Below are positions 23,591 through 36,295 of a DNA stretch of 64,000 nucleotides, in pieces. Below the pieces are notes generated by a model. That model searched no databases. It had not been told where the DNA came from and saw only the letters and a program-made list of their open reading frames with translations. Position numbers and translations under genes: made by a program. The stretch lies in the NCBI GenBank assembly GCA_002269645.1, contig NIVC01001840.1, positions 1-64,000 on the forward strand, written 5' to 3'. Source of the stretch: Macrostomum lignano (taxonomy: Eukaryota). Every line of letters begins with the position of its first letter. The stretch's first letter is position 1.

Positions 23591-24418
23591 CGAGGGGTGT
23601 CCCAAAAGTTCCCGGAATGTCTAACGTAGCTCTTCAACAGAGCCATGAAATTTCACGCCCATGGTGTCAAATGAAAGGAAATTTTGTCACAAAGAATACA
23701 AAGTTAAAATCATGTTGATATCTTTTTTTATTCAAGAGCTACAGCAAGAAACGTGCGCAAAGGTCAGGGGTAGTGTTACACAACCTCAACAATCTATGGC
23801 AATAATTTTTTCATCTCCATTTTTGGGTTTTTCATTTTGAATTCGTGCTACTGACGTGTCAGAAAGACATGGTAGTGTCTATGGAAAAAAGCAGAAATGC
23901 TCATAAAGCTAATCTGAGCTTTTGCGCGAGTGCAGATAATTCGTACCAAGCGCTTGCTTTCAACTTGAAATTTCTTTGCGAAAATGAGTTCTCTTCAGAG
24001 CCTTGAAAGTCAACGAAGTCAAGTTTTTGCCCTTTGGTCGGTAGGATGGAGTGGAGCCAAGATTTCTGACCACTTATTCTCCATCCACGGTGAGAACAGC
24101 CTGAAAAAAACTGCAATTTACGGATGGATCGAACGCTTTAGAGATGGCCAGTCTGCTGTGAATGAATTCAAAATGAAAAACTCCAAAAATGGAGATGAAA
24201 AAATTATTGCCATAGATTGTTGAGGTTGTGTAACACTACCCCTGACCTTTGCGCACGTTTCTTGCTGTAGCTCTTGAATAAAAAAAGATATCAACATGAT
24301 TTTAACTTTGTATTCTTTGTGACAAAATTTCCTTTCATTTGACACCATGGGCGTGAAATTTCATGGCTCTGTTGAAGAGTTACGTTAGACATTCCGGGAA
24401 CTTTTGGGACACCCCTCG
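23591..24418 (+). mobile_element. Non-autonomous mariner deletion derivative with ~254-bp TIRs and TA TSD
   Basis: TA|CGAGGGGTGTCCCAAAAGTTCCCGGAATGT.. (23591-23844) is nearly perfectly inverted at 24164-24418 (..ACATTCCGGGAACTTTTGGGACACCCCTCG|TA). The interior keeps MSSLQSLESQRSQVFALWSVGWSGAKISDHLFSIHGENSLKKTAIYGWIERFRDGQSAVN (transposase HTH). Confidence 0.95.
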
Positions 24419-26299
24419 TATTAGAAGACGCTTTGCCCAAAATATGCACAAAATCGCTTCTATGAATCACGCATTTATTGTAAAAGGATATGAAAATGAT
24501 TTTGTTTGACTGCACATGACTGCACAAAGAACACAGCTCACGGGGACTTCTCTATTTTAGTTTCTTACAGTCAAGACATCTAAAGCCCCCAATCCACACA
24601 GTTGGTTTTTTGTTTAGCTTTTCATACAACTGCAGCGTTTCCCTCACGCCATGTTCATCCACCCAGTTCCGTTCCGGTGATTACGCGCCAGAACAGAACC
24701 AGAAGCAAAGAAAATAACTTGGAACGTATATAGGATTGGCTCGTTTTACATCATTAAATCGAATACTTCCACTCGCGGAAAGTGTCGTAAAGCCGACGAT
24801 TGTTACAATTATTAAATCCTAAAAATATTAGATTAGTTCAGAACATTTTGCTGCTAGATTAACTGCTTCTGTCTCACCTGTACAAGTACATGTACATATA
24901 TTTGCTGTCTTTGCTTTTACTCACTTCATAATTACTCGTATCTTGTTAAATTCATGAAATACTACGGCAATAAGTAGACCTCCTTGATTAAATGAAACAC
25001 AATTCAAATTAGCGCCAAAAAGGACGTTTTTCAACAATCGGTAAGCTGTGTTAAGCAAAGTTTTAAACACTTTCGCGTAGACTTTTGCTTTTTTAGGCGT
25101 TCAAAGGAGTTTGCGCGCGAATTCAAGTTGTTTTTTAGCGAACATTTAGATCTTAAGTATACCTAGTCGACTCACGTGACTCAGCATCCAAGAGTATTTT
25201 CCTACTTCCGGGATAAATTTTATGCCCTTTCGAGCCTGCAAAGTGTAACACGTCCTAATATGTGTTAATAAAACACGAGCTACACGATGTACATTCACAC
25301 ATTAAAAGCGACATGTAATGACATCAATTATAAGTGAAACGGTAGCCCAAAAAGAAACGAACAGCTGCACCAGGCCATGTCGTAGAAGTTCGGCACGTAC
25401 TTCCTGCACTGATTGCAGAGGCGAGAGGCCCAGGAACTGCCGCACTTGCGTTGCCCCGCTCATTGCTTAGTTTTGATTGGCTTGCTGTTGTGCAGTTTTA
25501 CGCGGCTTAGCCTGTGGTGCCGCCTTATGTTCACCCCCTCTAGTAGGTCTGGGTTTTGTATTTAGCTCGTATTGGTTTAGGCTTGCGCCAGCAGGGTTTG
25601 GGTTTGAAACCCGAACAAATCGATTTAAACTACAGTGTTAAAAGATCCATCCCAGCATTGAGTGCAACGGGATTCAGATATATCGTTCGTAGAGTTCCTA
25701 CATAAGTCGATTCGTGGGAATCGTGGCCGTGTCGAATCGCTGCATTTAATTGTCGTACACATGTTAAATTAGACCAATTATCTATTAAGAATGCTACTAT
25801 GGTATTCGTACCTTTTAGCTATTCAAACGATAAACAATATGAAAGTTTTATTATGCATGTACTGCATAATGACACCCAAGTTAATCTTATCTTATCTCGC
25901 TTGTCGCTTAAACCTTAAAATTAAATAAGTGGTCTAGAGAACTGGGAGCCACTCTGGTAATTAAAGCAGCGATTTAAAAATAGATTATCACCTCTCTTTA
26001 GCGCTGGAATTAGAGCCCCCCACGCTTCGCGCTTCCTTTTGAAATTAGGAGGGTTTCGTACGCCCTGCCCTGGCTTGTTCCACCTCCTCTCATTGGCTAC
26101 AAGGGACCTCAACTAATGAACAGTCGGGAGGCCACAACCCCTCCTCGACCTCCACAGCGTGGGGGTTTAAGAACTTGGCTGTCCACCACTCACTCCAGAA
26201 TATAATAAGAAGGAATTGCGCTCTTCGCGGGCCCCACAGAGAAAGCTAAAGAGTGATTTGGTCCACGAGTCCAGCCACAACCTCTACCGCCCTTCCGAC

Positions 26300-26710
26300 A
26301 ACAACTTGTCCCGTGAGTTCAAATCAAACTCACTCCAGAAAGGCCAGAACCAACTACATACAGCCTGGGCCGTTTCTTTCTCGTTCAATATCAAAGAAGT
26401 AGTAGTTGACTTTTCTCCTCAAGTCCAGTCTGAGCATTCTGGCCCTAAGAGGTCTTATTTGCATATCAATTATTTGTCCTTTCATCCCGTAACCCGGAAA
26501 ACTTTCCGAAGCGCTGACCAGCACTGGTTGGACTTATTCGAGGCAAAACATAATTATAATTTCGCCAACTTGTCAGCTACCGTCAACATTGCCCCGAGAG
26601 AAGACTTCTTCTGCTAACTAAAAAATAAGAGGAAATGTTTTCTTGTAAGAACAGCTGCACCAACATAATTTAAAGCTAGATTGATCGTTCCAATTCGCAA
26701 TAAGTTCCAA
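26300..26710 (-). pseudogene. Possible decayed LINE apurinic-endonuclease fragment
   Basis: Frameshifted minus-strand pieces LLRIGTINL / IMFCLE*V / FPGY / RPLRARMLRLDL loosely follow the order of EN motifs (LRIGTWNV, LQE, PGY, PISSRI). Weak. Confidence 0.25.
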
Positions 26711-27011
26711 TATTCGTCTTCAACGGAGAGTCAGTCAATAAGGAAATAAACGCGAAATAATGCCCTCATCCGCTGACAACAAATCGAGCATGGTCGGCAC
26801 GCAGCAGCCGCTAGCGATACAATGCAGAGGGAACCTTGGTTGCTTGTTGCTTGGTGAGAATTTTTGTTCAAATATAAACTTTTTTATTCGCATAAAATTT
26901 ATCAACCAACCAATTTATGCAAGCAAGTTGAATAAATTGCGCATTACCAAAAACTTAATCTGCTCAGCCAGTTTGCATGTTGGCCTCTGGCTAATATATA
27001 TTACCCATATA

Positions 27012-28261
27012 CAGTGGCGGATCGAGAGGTCAAGGGGGTCACCTGACCCTCCCTCGAGCCCCCTCCTAGGAAACCGAAAAACTCCATACATAGTTTCATA
27101 GTGTCGAATCATCGCGTAATAGTGACCCACACGAGGCTGTATTTTTTCATCAAATACTGCGGTATCTTCGGTGCCGGACACTTCGGTGTCAGAGCCGGAC
27201 ACTTCGGTGTCAGAGCCGGACACTGGTGCCGGAGTCGGACACTTCGGTGTCAGGCACTTTAGTGCTGACTCTTCGCTGCCGGACATTTCAGTGCTGTACA
27301 CGTCTTCGGTGCCGGACACTTCGGTGCCGGACACTTCGGTGCTGGACACTTTGGTGCCGGACACTTTGGTGCCGGACACTACGGTGCCGTACACTTTGGT
27401 GCCGGACACTACAGTGCCGGAAACTTTGGTGCCGGACACTACGGTGCCAAGACAGTTCGGTGCCAAGACAGTTTGATGCCAAGACATTTCGGTGCCGGGC
27501 ACTTTGGTGCCGGGCACTTTGGTGCCGGGCACTTTGGTGCCGGACACTACGGTGCCGGACACTTTGGTGCCGGACACTTTGGTGCCGGACACTTTGGTGC
27601 CGGACACTACGGTGCCAAGACATTTTGATGCCAAGACATTTCGGTGCCGGGCACTTTGGTGCCGGACACTACGGTGCCAAGACAGTTCGGTGCCAAGACA
27701 GTTTGATGCCAAGACATTTCGGTGCCGGGCACTTTGGTGCCGGACACTACGGTGCCAAGACAGTTCGGTGCCAAGACAGTTTGATGCCAAGACATTTCGG
27801 TGCCGGACACTTTGGTGCCTGACATTTCAGTGCCAGAGCACGTGGAAGCTTTGCGGAGAAGGGAGAGTTGCATAAAAGTGTTTTTCCTTTTAATGTTAAA
27901 TAATTATAGTTTATGAGGCGTGTTGTACTGAAATTGATATTGATGATTTCCACGTGCTTTTATATGAGCAACTAAGAAAGCACTTCAAACTAGAAGTGTG
28001 TGCGATTTTGTATTTAATGAAGGTTTATAGAAACAATTGTTTCATAGATAAAAGCATTTGCTAAACTTGAATTTGAAAGCAGGATATTTCATAATTTTTA
28101 ATCCACATCATCAATGCCACTCAAAACAAAAAGCATCGCCATCAGTCACCGCGAAGTGTCTGTCTGACACCGAAGCGTCCGGTATTTTTAGGAAGGTCAA
28201 GGGGGGGGGGTCAACTGACCTTTTTTCCACGGGAAAAATCCTAATCCTGGATCCGCCCCTG
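27012..28261. mobile_element. hAT-type non-autonomous element (1250 bp) with 8-bp TSD
   Basis: Ends CAGTGGCGGATC ... GATCCGCCCCTG (11/12 inverted match). Flanks CCCATATA (27004-27011) and CCCATGTA (28262-28269) form a 7/8 TSD. No transposase. Confidence 0.85.
27160..27832. repeat. 15-bp-based minisatellite (GTGCCGGACACTTTG) inside the hAT-type element
   Basis: 5-aa periodic ORFs (VPDTL); longer composite units toward the right. Confidence 0.95.
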
Positions 28262-28601
28262 CCCATGTACTTACACAATTTTTTTCACGACTCGCACACG
28301 TCGCACAAATCGCGTGATCTATGTTGGGTGCAATAGCATGAGGCTCACTATACAAGCCACACAATATAGACTCAAAATAGTTTAGAAGGCTTAGAAGGAA
28401 AATGAGCAAGATTGACTGATTGCGCACCTTCCCCGATTATATGTATTAAAATGGCTTACAATTTCAACTATGCTTACATGGTAATGATGATAGCGAAGGA
28501 TCATTTGCACCTGCTGTGTTACCTGTGTACTAAAAATTCATTAATCATTGCGATTTTCATTAACCTCCAGTCATACACCTGTTGTGTCCAGCTATTCTTC
28601 C

Positions 28602-29768
28602 TCTGTGGATCGCCTCCCCAGTTCCTCTGTGGATCGCCTCCCCAGTTCCTCTGTGGATCGCCTCCCCAGTTCCTCTGTGGATCGTCTCCCCAGTTTCTTC
28701 TGTAGATCGCCTCCCCAGTTCCTCTGTGGATCGCCTCCCCAGTTCCTCTGTGGATCGCCTCCACAGTTTCTTCTGTAGATCACCTCCCCAGTTCCTCTGT
28801 GGATCGCCTCCCCAGTTCCTTTGTGGATCGCCTCCCCAGTTCCTCTGTGGATCGCCTCCCCAGTTCCTCTGTGGATCGCCTCCCCAGTTCCTCTGTGGAT
28901 CGTCTCCCCAGTTCCTTTGTGGATCGCCTCCACAGTTTCTTCTGTAGATCACCTCCCCAGTTCCTCTGTGGATCGCCTCCCCAGTTCCTCTGTGGATCGT
29001 CTCCCCAGTTTCTTCTGTAGATCGCCTCCCCAGTTCCTCTGTGGATCGCCTCCCCAGTTCCTCTGTGGATCGTCTCCCCAGTTTCTTCTGTAGATCGCCT
29101 CCCCAGTTCCTCTGTGGATCGCCTCCCCAGTTCCTCTGTGGATCGCCTCCCCAGTTCCTCTGTAGATCGCCTCCCCAGTTCCTCTGTGGATCGCCTCCCC
29201 AGTTCCTTTGTGGATCGCCTCCCCAGTTCCTTTGTGGATCGCCTCCCCAGTTCCTCTGTGGATCGCCTCCCCAGTTCCTCTGTGGATCGTCTCCCCAGTT
29301 CCTTTGTGGATCGCCTCCACAGTTTCTTCTGTAGATCGCCTCCCCAGTTCCTCTGTGGATCGCCTCCCCAGTTCCTCTGTGGATCGCCTCCCCAGTTCCT
29401 CTGTGGATCGCCTCCCCAGTTCCTCTGTGGATCGTCTCCCCAGTTTCTTTGTGGATCGCCTCCACAGTTTCTTCTGTAGATCGCCTCCCCAGTTCCTCTG
29501 TGGATCGCCTCCCCAGTTCCTCTGTGGATCGCCTCCCCAGTTCCTCTGTGGATCGCCTCCCCAGTTCCTCTGTGGATCGCCTCCCCAGTTCCTCTGTGGA
29601 TCGCCTCCCCAGTTCCTCTGTGGATCGCCTCCCCAGTTCCTCTGTGGATCGCCTCCCCAGTTCCTCTGTGGATCGCCTCCCCAGTTCCTCTGTGGATCGC
29701 CTCCGGGCAGTTTCTTCTTCTGTGGTTCCCCTCCCCAGTTTTTTCTACTGTGGATCGCCTCCCCAGTT
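28602..29768. repeat. 24-bp minisatellite (TGGATCGCCTCCCCAGTTCCTCTG), ~48 copies
   Basis: Direct tandem repeat; 8-aa period in the ORF track. Confidence 0.98.
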
Positions 29769-30196
29769 CGTCTGCAGTCTGTCAAGATTCCTTGATTCCT
29801 CTCTGAATATGCCTGCGACTTTTCAAATTCACTGCATGAATTTTGCAGTTGACTTGTTCTGTTCCATTTTTTTAGTGCAACAACAAACCACATAGCAGCA
29901 AAGCATTCTGGTTTATATTTACATTGCAAAAAGTAGAATGAGCTGCACGCCATATGCACATGCTGCAGAGATGGTACTTTTTTGCAGACTGGCAGGCAGA
30001 TGAATGCAATAAGTACCCGTTTACGGACGGGCATGTGCAGTGCTGCCTCACTGACGAGTTGGTTCAAAACCTTTTTTTTCAACTGCGCAATGAGTCGCTT
30101 TTGTGAAGACCCTATACATATACATGAGGCCCATTATGCTGATTTAGGCATGAACATTATAGTATAGTACAAGTGCATAACAGGAGCAGTGAAGCA

Positions 30197-30262
30197 GAGC
30201 AACTCAGAGGTAAAATCGTCAGACTGTCGCGCCAAACGACCCCTGGTTCGATTCCGTATATG
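30197..30262 (+). mobile_element. tRNA-like (SINE head or pseudo-tRNA) sequence
   Basis: A-box-like AACTCAGAGGTAAAATCG, anticodon-arm-like AGACTGTCGC and B-box GGTTCGATTCC at tRNA spacing. Acceptor stem not intact. Confidence 0.35.
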
Positions 30263-30491
30263 CGGGCCACATTCATTTGGGGCTTGTTGTGCTCGAAAAT
30301 TGACGAGGGCTCTCAGAGAGTGCACGTGCGTGACGACTAGAAAGTCAGGGCCGCTGTACACATTGTGTTCAGCACCCTGCGGGCAGAATTGCGTCAGCAC
30401 TGGTTGTGGGACGATGTCGCCGCAGGTGTATCGCGCCAGAGTGCCAGCAGCCCTCCTGCAAATGTTTAATTATTTTTTTACAAGCATGTAG

Positions 30492-31187
30492 CAAGGACGA
30501 CTTAAGTAGAAGGCCGGGAAAGCTTGTTTCTTAGAAAATTTTAGAAGGCAGGTTTTCCCGAAAAATACACTACGGAGATAGGAAGTTTTCATTCTTTCAG
30601 CACAAAAATTGCTATTGCTTTTGATAGGAGGCAGATCCAGTGTTCATCTCTTGATATGCTGTGCCTTTCTTATTGCTCTATCGATATTCATAAAGCTTTT
30701 CGTTCAGAAAATTAGGATTCTATGTTAATTTTTTCTTCTACGTAAATTTGCACGTGTCTTGTGCCTAAAACCATTGAAATGGCACAGCTCGGCTACTTTG
30801 GCTTTATGAGTCTATTTATCATTCTTAGCTGACTGTGTAACAAATACTTGTAGCAGAAATGATAAAATAGATTCATAAAACCAAATATTCGAGCTGTGTC
30901 ATGCATTTTAATGATTTTTAGGTACAGGAAATCTCGGTAGAATAAAAAATTAACATAGAATCCTAATTTTTTGAACGAAAAGCTTTATTAATATTGATAG
31001 AGCAATAAGAAAGGCACAGCATATCAAAAGATGAGCACTGGGTCTGCCTCCTATCAAAAGCAATAGCAATTTTTGTGCTGAAAAAATGAAAACTTCCTAT
31101 CTCCGTAGTGTATTTTTTCGGGAAAGCCTGCCTTCTAAAATTTTCTAAGAAACGATGTTTCCCGTCCTTCTACTTCAGTCGTCCTTG
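30492..31187. mobile_element. Foldback element (~340-bp arms, ~21-bp spacer), P/Galileo-superfamily-like
   Basis: 30492-30830 is the imperfect reverse complement of 30852-31187. Termini CAAGGACGAC..GTCGTCCTTG fit the CANRG start of P-superfamily TIRs. Flanks GCATGTAG (30484-30491) and GTATGTAG (31188-31195) form a 7/8 8-bp TSD. Confidence 0.85.
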
Positions 31188-31559
31188 GTATGTAGCTGCT
31201 TAGCTGAAGATAGAGTTTTTTTCAGCGCGATCTAGCTACTTAATGAATGTATTTTATATTGATACGTATCGGTATATTCTATGCATAAATTCCTTCGAGT
31301 GTACAGGAGTGTACAAGGTGCTGTTTATTTGAATTTAAATCAGTCTTACGGTCATAGTCATCATCTGCTAATTCTGTGTCTGGATCCTGTAACCACTTTT
31401 GTCCCAACAGCATAGATTCGTAATGCTCGTTTTCTTCGCATCGCATCCTTTACCTTCAGATACTTATTTCTCTCTGCTTCCACCTTTTATATTTCTCTCA
31501 CCTGTCTCCATCCTCCCCCCTCGCTCTGTCTCTTTCCTACTCTCACCTCTATCTCATCC

Positions 31560-32465
31560 CCCGCTGTCTCCTACTCTCACCTCTATCTCAGCCCCCGCTG
31601 TCTCCCACTCTCACCTCTATCTCAGCCCCCACTGTGTCTCCTTCTCTCACCTCTATCTCAGCCCCCACTGTGTCTCCTTCTCTCACCTCTATCTCAGCCC
31701 CCACGGTGTCTCCCACTCTCACCTCTATCTCAGCCCCCACTGTGTCTCCTAATCTCACCTCTATCTCATCCCCCACACTGTCTCCTAATCTCACCTATCT
31801 CACCCCACTGTGTCTCCCACTCTCACCTCTATCTCATCCCCCACACTGTCTCCTAATCTCACCTCTATCTCATCCCCCACACTGTCTCCTAATCTCACCT
31901 ATCTCACCCCACTGTGTCTCCTACTCTCACATCTATCTCAGCACCCACTGTGTCTCCCACTCTCACCTCTATCTCATCCCCCGCTGTGTCTCCCACTCTC
32001 ACCTCTATCTCATTCCCGCTGTGTCTGCTTCTCTCACCTCTATCTCAGCCCCCATTGTGTCTCTCACTCTCACCTCTATCTCAGCCCCCACTGTGTCTCC
32101 CACTCTCACCTCTATCTCAGCCCCCACTGTGTCTCTCACTCTCACCTCTATCTCAGCCACCACTGTGTCTCCCACTCTCACCTCTATCTCAGCCACCACT
32201 GTGTCTCCCACTCTCACCTCTATCCCAGCCCCCACTGTGTCTCCCACTCTCACCTCTATCTCATTCCCGCTGTGTCTGCTTCTCTCACCTCTATCTCAGC
32301 CCCCACTGTGTCTCCCACTCTCACCTCTATCTCAGCCCCCACTGTGTCTCTCACTCTCACCTCTATCCCAGCCCCCACTGTGTCTCCCACTCTCACCTCT
32401 ATCTCAGCCCCCACTGTGTCTCCCACTCTCACCTCCATCTCAGCCCCCACTGTCTCCTACCCTCA
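31560..32465. repeat. 36-bp minisatellite (CTCTCACCTCTATCTCAGCCCCCACTGTGTCTCCCA)
   Basis: 12-aa period TLTSISAPTVSP in the ORF track; strong C/T strand bias. Confidence 0.97.
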
Positions 32466-33704
32466 CCTGTATCTCCTCTCTCTCTCACCATCTCTCCTCT
32501 ATCCAATCCGTCTCCTCTGTTTTTACTCTCACTCTCACTCTCTCGTACACAGTCTTCACTCATCATGCAGTCCACCGCCGCTTCCATCACATCATCAGCG
32601 CATTTAGTATTCAAAGAGCGAGCCGGCTTATTCGCCACGCTGCATTGCCGAGACAAACCGCATGCAGTCTCTGAAACTGAAGGCCACATCAGTGCAGATG
32701 ATGAGTAATGCTTGGCCGCGCTTCTGACTCTCAGACTCAGGCCTGGCTGCAAGCATCCGTCGCTTGAGCCCTAACGAAGCTAAAGTAGTCAATATGCACA
32801 GGAGGAGCCAAAGGAAAGAGGGGGGTGACAAAATCTTCCCCTAATAATACAACCATAGCTAATCGCTTGAAATCCTACGGAGAGCGCTAAATCCCTTCTC
32901 CTCAAGACACACACACTTCCCACCTCTCCGCGGCGCCGCACACTCAAACTCAATGGCTATATAGCTATACACATTTGCCGACCGCGGCTCAAAAGGAATA
33001 AAGAATTGTTTTGTTGTTGCATCCTTCTCTCTCTCTTTCTCTCTCCCTCTCATTCTCGTTTTGACGGGCCGTCAATGCCTTGGTTGGGATGAGGCAGGAG
33101 AGAGAGAGAGAGAGAGACGGAGGCAAAGAGGCGGGCGTGATGAGCGAGAGTGCCATGTCCATTGTGCGTTTCTATCCGTCTATCAGCCTATCTAAATAAG
33201 AAATAGTCGCGTTTAAAAAACGAACTAATTTCTTTCACAAGATTCTTTTTGTTAAATTATATATAATATTACAATTATAAAAGTTAGAATTGCAAAACTA
33301 AATCAAGTGGTGGAAGAAGTGTTTAAAAGCGACTTGTTTATGGCTATAGCAACAAAATCAAACAGAAATGGCGGCCCATCGTACCGCAATGCATTTGTGG
33401 AACAAAAGAATTGCCAAGAAATGCTTTTTCAGCTTTACCTCTTCTTCCTCTTCCTTCTTTGTTGCAGAATTGGTGACAATTGACAATAGGTTTGCTAAGT
33501 CTTTTGTCTTAACAATATTTTTTAGCGCCGCTGCTTTTGTCAAGTCGATGTCACCTTTCTCTTCCGCAACATCATAATTCCTAGTTATAATCAATTTCTT
33601 TAATTAGGAAAGGAAAAATTTCTGTCCAAGGTAGAAGATGAGAATTGGGGATCGTATTGCTGAGCTGAGAGAAGTAAAAAAGATGTAGGAACTACTACAA
33701 GTCA

Positions 33705-34548
33705 TAGGAATCCTATAGACTAGATCGGGGAGTCCTATAGACTAGATGGGGAATCCTATAAACTAGATCGGAGAATCCTATAGACTAAATCGGGGAATCC
33801 TATAAACTAGATGGGGAATCCTATAAAATAGATCGGGGAATTGTCAAATTGGATGGGAAGTCAAGATGGGGAATCCTATAGACTAGATGAGGAATCCTAT
33901 AGACTAGATGGGGAATCTTATAGACTAGATGAGGAATCCTATAGACTAGCTGAGGAACCCTATAGACTATAGATGGGGAACTCTATAGACTAGATGGTGA
34001 ATCCTATAGACTAGATGGGGAATCCTATAGACTAGATGGTGAATCCTATATGCTAGATATAAAATCCTATAGACTAGATGAGGAATCCTATAGACTAGAT
34101 GAGGAATCCTATAGACTAGATGGGGAATCTTTTAGACTAGATGAGGAATCCTATAGACTAGATGAGGAACCCTATATACTATAGATGGGGAACTCTATAG
34201 ACTAGATGGTGAATCCTATAGACTAGATGGGGAATCCTATAGACTAGATGGGGAATCTTATAGACTAGATGACGAATCCTATAGACTAGATGAGGAACCC
34301 TATAGACTATAGATGGGGAACTCTATAGACTAGATGGTGAATCCTATAGACTAGATGGGGAATCCTATAGACTAGATGGTGAATCCTATAGACTATATGG
34401 TGAATCCTATAGACTAGATGGTGAATCCTATAGACTGGATGGGGAATCCTATAGACTATATGGTGAATCCTATAGACTAGATGGGGGAAACCTATAGACT
34501 AGATGGGGAATCCTATATACTAGATATACAATTCCATAGACTAGATGG
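33705..34548. repeat. 21-bp minisatellite (GGGGAATCCTATAGACTAGAT)
   Basis: About 38 copies with variant blocks. Confidence 0.97.
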
Positions 34549-35124
34549 CAGCTGCAAACTGGTATTCAATGGGAGTATTATAGACTAAGCAGAAAAACAG
34601 TTGAACAGTTTGCTGTTCGAACATCGAAATAAAAAACCGTCATTAAATGCACTGCATTTCGTGTATTTGGATCTAAACTAAATCAAATCATTGCTTAGAT
34701 TCTCGTTTCAGAAGAAGCATCAAAACATATATGCCGGCTGAGATGCCTAAACAGAGATATAGCATTATGAGCAACGTTAGGCTAGATAGATAAAGGATCG
34801 AGCTATCGTTATCTAATTACTAGTACAAGCATCTGCAGATACCTTGCGCAGTTGCGCTCAGTATGTATCATTTGTCTATAGCTATGTTAGTTAATATATA
34901 TTATCATTTTTATTACCGGGAAAAAATCGCCCGAGAAAGCGAACGAAAATGAAAACGTTAGCTTGCAATTTTTTACTTACCCTCCCCCCCTTTCGCAGGT
35001 AGGTTGGGGAAGCGAGGTAAAAAAAGCTTTAAGAAGACATCAAGTCCTCTTTTTGACAAAAAGCTGACTTCTGTTGCCGTTAAAAACCCTATACATCAAT
35101 GCTTTGAAGAATACTTTTACAATG

Positions 35125-35708
35125 TCTCTTGTCGCTATCTCCCATGCCCGATGTGTCTCTGGTCGCTATCTCCCATGCCCGATGTGTCTCTGGTCGCTAT
35201 CTCCCATGCCCGATGTGTCTCTGGTCGCTATCTCCCATGCCCGATGTGTCTCTTGTCGCTATCTCCCATGCCCGATGTGTCTCTGGTTGCTATCTCCCAT
35301 GCCCGATGTGTCTCTGGTCGCTATCTCCCATGCCCGATGTGTCTCTTGTCGCTATCTCCCATGCCCGATGTGTCTCTGGTTGCTATCTCCCATACCCGAT
35401 GTGTCTCTTGTCGCTATCTCCCATGCCCGATGTGTCTCTTGTCGCTATCTCCCATGCCCGATGTGTCTCTTGTCGTCATCTCCCATGCCCGATGTGTCTC
35501 TTGTCGCTATCTCCCATGCCCGATGTGTCTCTTGTCGCTATCTCCCATGCCCGATGTGTCTCTTGTCGCTATCTCCCATGCCCGATGTGTCTCTTGTCGC
35601 TATCTCCCATGCCCGATGTGTCTCTGGTCGCTATCTCCCATGCCCGATGTGTCTCTTGTCGCTATCTCCCATGCCCGATGTGTCTCTTGTCGCTATCTCC
35701 CATGTCTC
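35125..35708. repeat. 31-bp minisatellite (GTGTCTCTTGTCGCTATCTCCCATGCCCGAT), ~19 copies
   Basis: Period 31 measured (35161 to 35192). Confidence 0.98.
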
Positions 35709-36295
35709 CAAAAACCCTGTGTAGCGATTGGGACTTAAGGATCCAGAAATCTCTATTAGATTCATCAAGATTGCCTCATCAAAAGTTTTTACTGTTGATT
35801 AGTTTGCTTCTTCCAAGAGTCAAATTGTATATCCGGGCAGTTCCTTGATAACTTCGACCCTCGGGGGCTGGGAGTGAGGGTCACGACTGTTGAGTCCCCA
35901 GAGACTTGAGCGCATCAGCGCGTCATCGTCCCAGCTTCCGTTGGATGGCAACTTACGTTGCCTCATCAACTCACCCGCATAGGGAGAGATTCTTCTGTCC
36001 AATGACGCAAGCGAATTAACTGTCAGCCAGTCCGCTGTGTTATCCTGGCTTTTCCCAAACTCGCGTTATTATTAATTTTTTGAGTCCGAGAGCGACTATT
36101 TTGGAGATAACTAGAATGATATCCGAAGCGCAAATTTGATAATCAGTCAGTCAGCAACTCTCGTCGCGGCTTAGTGATTATCTTATCAGTGTCGGCTCTA
36201 TTTTTGACACAGTTGGGGCGAGGCCGCCTCGTTCATCTCAGCGCCGCTTTCTCTCGATCCGTCTCTCTCTCTAGGGTGCCGCGATAATTTGACTG

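Noticed and set aside
32628-32831. Small ORF with a hydrophobic start and KRR/KR sites (neuropeptide-like)
   Set aside because: It starts at TTG rather than ATG and has no amidation or repeated peptide motifs.
33358-33594. Coding-like minus-strand stretch with a GAG|GTAAAG donor
   Set aside because: There is no recognisable domain and no convincing partner exons. Left unannotated pending RNA-seq.
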